Shown piece after piece: positions 55,401 through 64,000 of a stretch of 64,000 nucleotides of DNA. Made by a program: the position numbers and the translations under genes. Origin of the DNA: Eledone cirrhosa (Eukaryota); NCBI GenBank assembly GCA_964016885.1, contig OZ024757.1, positions 12,958,001-13,022,000 of the forward strand, read 5' to 3'. A model generated the notes under the pieces. That model was not told where the DNA came from, did not search any database, and saw only the letters and a program-made list of their open reading frames with translations. Every line of letters starts with the position of its first letter. Positions within the stretch are counted from its first letter, which is position 1.

Positions 55401-58400
55401 TTTTCGAAAAAAAATTAATATGCGTTTTTCAAATTGCGTTTTTCGAAATATTAACTTCTGATTTCGAAAACTGATTTTTTTAGGTTTTTCGAAAAAAATT
55501 TAATCTGCAAAATTTGAAACCAGAAAGTAGATATTTCGAAAGATTTGTAAAAGCATTAATTTTTTACTTTTTTTTAGATTTCGAAAATGCTAACAATCAG
55601 AAAAACGTAAAAAGATTAATGCAGAAGTATATATTTCGACTATGAACTCACATTCATTCTTTTTCGAAAAACCTAAAAAAATTGATATTTGAAATCAGAT
55701 ATAAATATTTCTAAAAGTATAAAAAAATTGATTATATAAAAAAATATTGATTATATAAAAAATATTGATTATATAAAAAAATTAATATGCGTTATTCAAG
55801 TTGCGTTTTTCGAAATATAAACTTCTGATTTCGAAAACTTATTTTTTCAGGTTTTTCGAAAAAAATTTAATCTGCAAAATTTGAAACCAGAAAGTAAATA
55901 TTTCGAAAGATTTGTAAAAGCATGTTTTTTTTACGTTTTCGAAACATGCAAAAAATCAGAAAAAGATTAATACAGAAGTATATATTTCGACTATGAACTC
56001 ACATTCATTCTTTTTCGAAAAACCTAAAAAAATCAATATTTGAAATCAGATATAAATATTTATAAAAAAATTGATTATATAAGGTTTTCGAAAAAAATTA
56101 ATATGCGTTTTTCAAATTGCGTTTTTCGAAATATTAACTTCTGATTTCGAAAACTTATTTTTTTAGGTTTTTCGAAAAAAATTTAATCTGCAAAATTTGA
56201 AACCAGAAAGTAGATATTTCGAAAGATTTGTAAAATCATTAATTTTTTACGTTTTTTTTTAGATTTCGAAACATGCAAAATGTAAAAAGATTAATACAGA
56301 AACATGAAAAATGTAAAAAGATTAATACAGAAGTATATATTTCGACTATGAACTCAGATTCATTCTTTTTCGAAAAACCTAAAAAAATTGATTATATAAG
56401 GTTTTCGAAAAACCTAAAAATATCAATATTTGAAATCAGATATAAATATTTATAAAAAAATTGATTATCGAAAAAAAATTAATATGCCTTTTTCAAATTG
56501 CGTTTTTCGAAATATTAACTTCTGATTTCGAAAACTGATTTTTTTAGGTTTTTCGAAAAAAATTTAATCTGCAAAATTTGAAACCAGAAAGTAGATATTT
56601 CGAAAGATTTGTAAAAGCATTAATTTTTTACGTTTTTTTTAGATTTCGAAAATGCTAACAATCAGAAAAACGTAAAAAGATTAATGCAGAAGTATATATT
56701 TCGACTATGAACTCACATTCATTCTTTTTCGAAAAACCTAAAAAAATCAATATTTGAAATCAGATATAAATATTTATAAAAAAATTGATTATATAAGGTT
56801 TTCGAAAAAAATTAATATGCGTTTTTCAAATTGCGTTTTTCGAAATATTAACTTCTGATTTCGAAAACTTATTTTTTTAGGTTTTTCGAAAAAAATTTAA
56901 TCTGCAAAATTTGAAACCAGAAAGTTTCGAAAGATTTGTAAAAGCATGTTTTTTTTACGTTTTCGAAACATGCAGAAAATCAGAAAAAGATTAATACAGA
57001 AGTATATATTTCGACTATGAACTCACATTCATTCTTTTTCGAAAAACCTAAAAAAATTGATTATATAAGGTTTTCGAAAAACCTAAAAAAATCAATATTT
57101 GAAATCAGATATAAATATTTATAAAAAAATTGATTATATAAGGTTTTCGAAAAAAATTAATATGCGTTTTTCAAATTGCGTTTTTCGAAATATTAACTTC
57201 TGATTTCGAAAACTTATTTTTTTAGGTTTTTCGAAAAAAATTTAATCTGCAAAATTTGAAACCAGAAAGTTTCGAAAGATTTGTAAAAGCATGTTTTTTT
57301 TACGTTTTCGAAACATGCAAAAAATCAGAAAAAGATTAATACAGAAGTATATATTTCGACTATGAACTCACATTCATTCTTTTTCGAAAAACCTAAAAAA
57401 ATTGATTATATAAGGTTTTCGAAAAACCTAAAAAAATCAATATTTGAAATCAGATATAAATATTTCTAAAAGTATAAAAAAAATTGATTATATAAGGTTT
57501 TCGAAAAAAAATTAATATGCGTTTTTCAAATTGCGTTTTTCGAACTTCTGATTTCGAAAACTGATTTTTTTAGGTTTTTCGAAAAAAATTTAATCTGCAA
57601 AATTTGAAACCAGAAAGTAGATATTTCGAAAGATTTGTAAAAGCATTAATTTTTTACGTTTTTTATTAGATTTCGAAACATGCAAAATGTAAAAAGATTA
57701 ATACAGAAACATGAAAAATGTAAAAAGATTAATACAGAAGTATATATTTCGACTATGAACTCAGATTCATTCTTTTTCGAAAAACCTAAAAAAATTGATT
57801 ATATAAGGTTTTTGAAAAACCTAAAAAAATCAATATTTGAAATCAGATATAAATATTTATAAAAAAATTGATTATATAAGGTTTTCAAAAAAAATTAATA
57901 TGCGTTTTTCAAATTGCGTTTTTCGAAATATTAACTTCTGATTTCGAAAACTTATTTTTTTAGGTTTTTCGAAAAAAATTTAATCTGCAAAATTTGAAAC
58001 CAGAAAGTAAATATTTCGAAAGATTTGTAAAAGCATGTTTTTTTTACGTTTTCGAAACATGCAAAAAATCAGAAAAAGATTAATACAGAAGTATATATTT
58101 CGACTATGAACTCACATTCATTCTTTTTCGAAAAACCTAAAAAAATCAATATTTGAAATCAGATATAAATATTTATAAAAAAATTGATTATATAAGGTTT
58201 TCGAAAAAAATTAATATGCGTTTTTCAAATTGCGTTTTTCGAAATATTAACTTCTGATTTCGAAAACTTATTTTTTTAGGTTTTTCGAAAAAAATTTAAT
58301 CTGCAAAATTTGAAACCAGAAAGTTTCGAAAGATTTGTAAAAGCATGTTTTTTTTACGTTTTCGAAACATGCAAAAAATCAGAAAAAGATTAATACAGAA

Positions 58401-59117
58401 GTATATATTTCGACTATGAACTCAGATTCATTCTTTTTCGAAAAACCTAAAAAAATTGATTATATAAGGTTTTCGAAAAACCTAAAAAAATCAATATTTG
58501 AAATCAGATATAAATATTTCTAAAAGTATAAAAAAAATTGATTATATAAGGTTTTCGAAAAAAAATTAATATGCGTTTTTCAAATTGCGTTTTTCGAACT
58601 TCTGATTTCGAAAACTTATTTTTTTAGGTTTTTCGAAAAAAATTTAATCTGCAAAATTTGAAACCAGAAAGTAAATATTTCGAAAGATTTGTAAAAGCAT
58701 GTTTTTTTTACGTTTTCGAAACATGCAAAAAATCAGAAAAAGATTAATACAGAAGTATATATTTCGACTATGAACTCACATTCATTCTTTTTCGAAAAAC
58801 CTAAAAAAATCAATATTTGAAATCAGATATAAATATTTATAAAAAAATTGATTATATAAGGTTTTCGAAAAAAATTAATATGCGTTTTTCAAATTGCGTT
58901 TTTCGAAATATTAACTTCTGATTTCGAAAACTTATTTTTTTAGGTTTTTCGAAAAAAATTTAATCTGCAAAATTTGAAACCAGTAAGTTTCGAAAGATTT
59001 GTAAAAGCATGTTTTTTTTACGTTTTCGAAACATGCAAAAAAATCAGAAAAAGATTAATACAGAAGTATATATTTCGACTATGAACTCACATTCATTCTT
59101 TTTCGAAAAACCTAAAA

Positions 59118-59218
59118 AAATTGATTATATAAGGTTTTCGAAAAACCTAAAAAAAATCAATATTTGATTTCAAATATTGATTTTTTTAGGTTTTTCGAAA
59201 ACCTTATATAATCAATTT
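59118..59218. repeat. 101-bp palindrome copy
   Basis: Offset 30,380 from the 28738 copy. Confidence 0.93.
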
Positions 59219-62200
59219 ATAAAAAAATTGATTATATAAGGTTTTCGAAAAAAATTAATATGCGTTTTTCAAATTGCGTTTTTCGAAATATTAACTTCTG
59301 ATTTCGAAAACTTATTTTTTTAGGTTTTTCGAAAAAAATTTAATCTTCAAAATTTGAAACCAGAGAGTTTCGAAAGATTTGTAAAAGCATGTTTTTTTTA
59401 CGTTTTCGAAACATGCAAAAAATCAGAAAAAGATTAATACAGAAGTATATATTTCGACTATGAACTCACATTCATTCTTTTTCGAAAAACCTAAAAAAAT
59501 TGATTATATAAGGTTTTCGAAAAACCTAAAAAAATCAATATTTGAAATCAGATATAAATATTTATAAAAAAATTGATTATATAAGGTTTTCGAAAAAAAT
59601 TAATATGCGTTTTTCAAATTGCGTTTTTCGAAATATTAACTTCTGATTTCGAAAACTTATTTTTTTAGGTTTTTCGAAAAAAATTTAATCTGCAAAATTT
59701 GAAACCAGAAAGTAGATATTTCGAAAGATTTGTAAAACCATTAATTTTTTACGTTTTTTTTTAGATTTCGAAACATGCAAAATGTAAAAAGATTAATACA
59801 GAAACATGAAAAATGTAAAAAGATTAATACAGAAGTATATATTTCGACTATGAACTCAGATTCATTCTTTTTCGAAAAACCTAAAAAAATTGATTATATA
59901 AGGTTTTCGAAAAACCTAAAAATATCAATATTTGAAATCAGATATAAATATTTATAAAAAAAATTGATTATATAAGGTTTTCGAAAAAAAATTAATATGC
60001 GTTTTTCAAATTGCGTTTTTCGAAATATTAACTTCTGATTTCGAAAACTGATTTTTTTAGGTTTTTCGAAAAAAATTTAATCTGCAAAATTTGAAACCAG
60101 AAAGTAGATATTTCGAAAGATTTGTAAAAGCATTAATTTTTTACTTTTTTTTAGATTTCGAAAATGCTAACAATCAGAAAAACGTAAAAAGATTAATGCA
60201 GAAGTATATATTTCGACTATGAACTCACATTCATTCTTTTTCGAAAAACCTAAAAAAATTAATTATATAAGGTTTTCGAAAAACCTAAAAAAATCAATAT
60301 TTGAAATCAGATATAAATATTTATAAAAAAATTGATTATATAAGGTTTTCGAAAAAAATTAATATGCGTTTTTCAAATTGCGTTTTTCGAAATATTAACT
60401 TCTGATTTCGAAAACTTATTTTTTTAGGTTTTTCGAAAAAAATTTAATCTGCAAAATTTGAAACCAGAAAGTTTCGAAAGATTTGTAAAAGCATGTTTTT
60501 TTTACGTTTTCGAAACATGCAAAAAATCAGAAAAAGATTAATACAGAAGTATATATTTCGACTATGAACTCACATTCATTCTTTTTCGAAAAACCTAAAA
60601 AAATTGATTATATAAGGTTTTCGAAAAACCTAAAAAAATCAATATTTGAAATCAGATATAAATATTTCTAAAAGTATAAAAAAAATTGATTATATAAGGT
60701 TTTCGAAAAAAAATTAATATGCGTTTTTCAAATTGCGTTTTTCGAACTTCTGATTTCGAAAACTGATTTTTTTAGGTTTTTCGAAAAAAATTTAATCTGC
60801 AAAATTTGAAACCAGAAAGTAGATATTTCGAAAGATTTGTAAAAGCATTAATTTTTTACGTTTTTTATTAGATTTCGAAACATGCAAAATGTAAAAAGAT
60901 TAATACAGAAACATGAAAAATGTAAAAAGATTAATACAGAAGTATATATTTCGACTATGAACTCAGATTCATTCTTTTTCGAAAAACCTAAAAAAATTGA
61001 TTATATAAGGTTTTCGAAAAACCTAAAAAAATCAATATTTGAAATCAGATATAAATATTTATAAAAAAATTGATTATATAAGGTTTTCAAAAAAAATTAA
61101 TATGCGTTTTTCAAATTGCGTTTTTCGAAATATTAACTTCTGATTTCGAAAACTTATTTTTTTAGGTTTTTCGAAAAAAATTTAATCTGCAAAATTTGAA
61201 ACCAGAAAGTAAATATTTCGAAAGATTTGTAAAAGCATGTTTTTTTTACGTTTTCGAAACATGCAAAAAATCAGAAAAAGATTAATACAGAAGTATATAT
61301 TTCGACTATGAACTCACATTCATTCTTTTTCGAAAAACCTAAAAAAATCAATATTTGAAATCAGATATAAATATTTATAAAAAAATTGATTATATAAGGT
61401 TTTCGAAAAAAATTAATATGCGTTTTTCAAATTGCGTTTTTCGAAATATTAACTTCTGATTTCGAAAACTTATTTTTTTAGGTTTTTCGAAAAAAATTTA
61501 ATCTGCAAAATTTGAAACCAGAAAGTTTCGAAAGATTTGTAAAAGCATGTTTTTTTTACGTTTTCGAAACATGCAAAAAATCAGAAAAAGATTAATACAG
61601 AAGTATATATTTCGACTATGAACTCAGATTCATTCTTTTTCGAAAAACCTAAAAAAATTGATTATATAAGGTTTTCGAAAAACCTAAAAAAATCAATATT
61701 TGAAATCAGATATAAATATTTCTAAAAGTATAAAAAAAATTGATTATATAAGGTTTTCGAAAAAAAATTAATATGCGTTTTTCAAATTGCGTTTTTCGAA
61801 CTTCTGATTTCGAAAACTTATTTTTTTAGGTTTTTCGAAAAAAATTTAATCTGCAAAATTTGAAACCAGAAAGTAAATATTTCGAAAGATTTGTAAAAGC
61901 ATGTTTTTTTTACGTTTTCGAAACATGCAAAAAATCAGAAAAAGATTAATACAGAAGTATATATTTCGACTATGAACTCACATTCATTCTTTTTCGAAAA
62001 ACCTAAAAAAATCAATATTTGAAATCAGATATAAATATTTATAAAAAAATTGATTATATAAGGTTTTCGAAAAAAATTAATATGCGTTTTTCAAATTGCG
62101 TTTTTCGAAATATTAACTTCTGATTTCGAAAACTTATTTTTTTAGGTTTTTCGAAAAAAATTTAATCTGCAAAATTTGAAACCAGTAAGTTTCGAAAGAT

Positions 62201-62319
62201 TTGTAAAAGCATGTTTTTTTTACGTTTTCGAAACATGCAAAAAAATCAGAAAAAGATTAATACAGAAGTATATATTTCGACTATGAACTCACATTCATTC
62301 TTTTTCGAAAAACCTAAAA

Positions 62320-62800
62320 AAATTGATTATATAAGGTTTTCGAAAAACCTAAAAAAAATCAATATTTGATTTCAAATATTGATTTTTTTAGGTTTTTCGA
62401 AAACCTTATATAATCAATTTATAAAAAAATTGATTATATAAGGTTTTCGAAAAAAATTAATATGCGTTTTTCAAATTGCGTTTTTCGAAATATTAACTTC
62501 TGATTTCGAAAACTTATTTTTTTAGGTTTTTCGAAAAAAATTTAATCTTCAAAATTTGAAACCAGTAAGTTTCGAAAGATTTGTAAAAGCATGTTTTTTT
62601 TACGTTTTCGAAACATGCAAAAAAATCAGAAAAAGATTAATACAGAAGTATATATTTCGACTATGAACTCACATTCATTCTTTTTCGAAAAACCTAAAAA
62701 AATTGATTATATAAGGTTTTCGAAAAACCTAAAAAAAATCAATATTTGATTTCAAATATTGATTTTTTTAGGTTTTTCGAAAACCTTATATAATCAATTT
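62320..62800. repeat. Two adjacent 101-bp palindromes (62320-62420, 62700-62800)
   Basis: Offset 30,380 from the 31940 and 32320 copies. Confidence 0.93.
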
Positions 62801-64000
62801 ATAAAAAAATTGATTATATAAGGTTTTCGAAAAAAATTAATATGCGTTTTTCAAATTGCGTTTTTCGAAATATTAACTTCTGATTTCGAAAACTTATTTT
62901 TTTAGGTTTTTCGAAAAAAATTTAATCTTCAAAATTTGAAACCAGAGAGTTTCGAAAGATTTGTAAAAGCATGTTTTTTTTACGTTTTCGAAACATGCAA
63001 AAAATCAGAAAAAGATTAATACAGAAGTATATATTTCGACTATGAACTCACATTCATTCTTTTTCGAAAAACCTAAAAAAATTGATTATATAAGGTTTTC
63101 GAAAAACCTAAAAAAATCAATATTTGAAATCAGATATAAATATTTATAAAAAAATTGATTATATAAGGTTTTCGAAAAAAATTAATATGCGTTTTTCAAA
63201 TTGCGTTTTTCGAAATATTAACTTCTGATTTCGAAAACTTATTTTTTTAGGTTTTTCGAAAAAAATTTAATCTGCAAAATTTGAAACCAGAAAGTAGATA
63301 TTTCGAAAGATTTGTAAAACCATTAATTTTTTACGTTTTTTTTTAGATTTCGAAACATGCAAAATGTAAAAAGATTAATACAGAAACATGAAAAATGTAA
63401 AAAGATTAATACAGAAGTATATATTTCGACTATGAACTCAGATTCATTCTTTTTCGAAAAACCTAAAAAAATTGATTATATAAGGTTTTCGAAAAACCTA
63501 AAAATATCAATATTTGAAATCAGATATAAATATTTATAAAAAAAATTGATTATATAAGGTTTTCGAAAAAAAATTAATATGCGTTTTTCAAATTGCGTTT
63601 TTCGAAATATTAACTTCTGATTTCGAAAACTGATTTTTTTAGGTTTTTCGAAAAAAATTTAATCTGCAAAATTTGAAACCAGAAAGTAGATATTTCGAAA
63701 GATTTGTAAAAGCATTAATTTTTTACTTTTTTTTAGATTTCGAAAATGCTAACAATCAGAAAAACGTAAAAAGATTAATGCAGAAGTATATATTTCGACT
63801 ATGAACTCACATTCATTCTTTTTCGAAAAACCTAAAAAAATTGATATTTGAAATCAGATATAAATATTTCTAAAAGTATAAAAAAATTGATTATATAAAA
63901 AAATATTGATTATATAAAAAATATTGATTATATAAAAAAATTATTTTTCGAAAAAAAATTAATATGCGTTATTCAAGTTGCGTTTTTCGAAATATAAACT

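Larger units (their letters stand above)
1..64000 (+). repeat. AT-rich tandem satellite array, ~353-bp mean monomer, ~180 head-to-tail copies, running off both window ends
   Basis: The anchor CGACTATGAACTCA recurs at 21, 392, 835, 1187, 1497, 1915, 2308, 2694, 2962, 3332 and onward to the end of the window, always in the same orientation. No unique sequence longer than ~20 bp was seen. Confidence 0.99.
55061..64000 (+). repeat. Apparently identical duplicate of 24681-33620 (offset 30,380 bp)
   Basis: Six ORFs and three palindromes share the offset 30,380. Shared rare variants include TTTTGAAAAAC at 27431/57811, GTAAAACCA at ~29352/59732, AATTATATAA at 29881/60261 and the 18-bp deletion at ~25400/55780. 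Confidence 0.93.

Noticed and set aside
765-63539. About 44 near-identical 60-88 aa ORFs (MQNVKRLIQKHEK...)
   Set aside because: They mark almost entirely the monomer type with the 31-bp duplication. The K/F/I/N-rich composition mirrors A/T tracts, neighbouring monomers break the frame freely, and no recognisable domain, RBS or splice context is present.
1-64000. CRISPR array suggested by ~35-bp palindromic repeats
   Set aside because: The intervening sequences are themselves repeated rather than unique spacers, and no cas genes or leader are present.
1-64000. CENP-B box
   Set aside because: TTCG is abundant but the required downstream A..CGGG of the 17-bp box was not seen.
1-64000. Heat-shock elements from TTC/GAA motifs
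   Set aside because: HSEs need nTTCnnGAAn spacing in arrays of three pentamers. Here TTC and GAA are directly adjacent.
1-64000. Identity with known ~360-bp satellites (Drosophila 1.688/359-bp, Tribolium TCAST) or baculovirus hr palindromes
   Set aside because: Only length, AT content or dyad character are similar. I recognise no sequence match, and no viral genes are present. A BLAST search is needed.

Overview
The whole 64 kb window is one uninterrupted, head-to-tail, AT-rich tandem satellite array (about 22% GC by hand count of one 310-bp monomer). It has no credible genes, RNA genes, transposase or CRISPR array. Monomers average ~353 bp (measured range ~268-443 bp, roughly 180 copies). 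They share the anchor GAAGTATATATTTCGACTATGAACTCA(C/G)ATTCATTC and are assembled from optional modules: a 35-bp module, a 31-bp duplication, an 18-19-bp triplet and several fixed deletions. Every monomer carries about 7-9 TTCGAA dyads embedded in T/A tracts, and nearly all carry an imperfect ~57-bp-arm inverted repeat. Monomers are organised into a 13-mer higher-order repeat (HOR) of ~4.59 kb with 10-mer and 15-mer variants. One monomer of the HOR contains a 101-bp near-perfect palindrome (13 copies in the window). A more diverged layer lies at ~46.6-55.06 kb and holds a unique 22-bp-stem hairpin. Two long duplications are visible, at offsets 30,380 bp and ~25,378 bp. The organisation resembles eukaryotic (peri)centromeric or heterochromatic satellite DNA, but neither the organism nor the function can be assigned from the sequence. 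All listed ORFs are by-products of the repeat.
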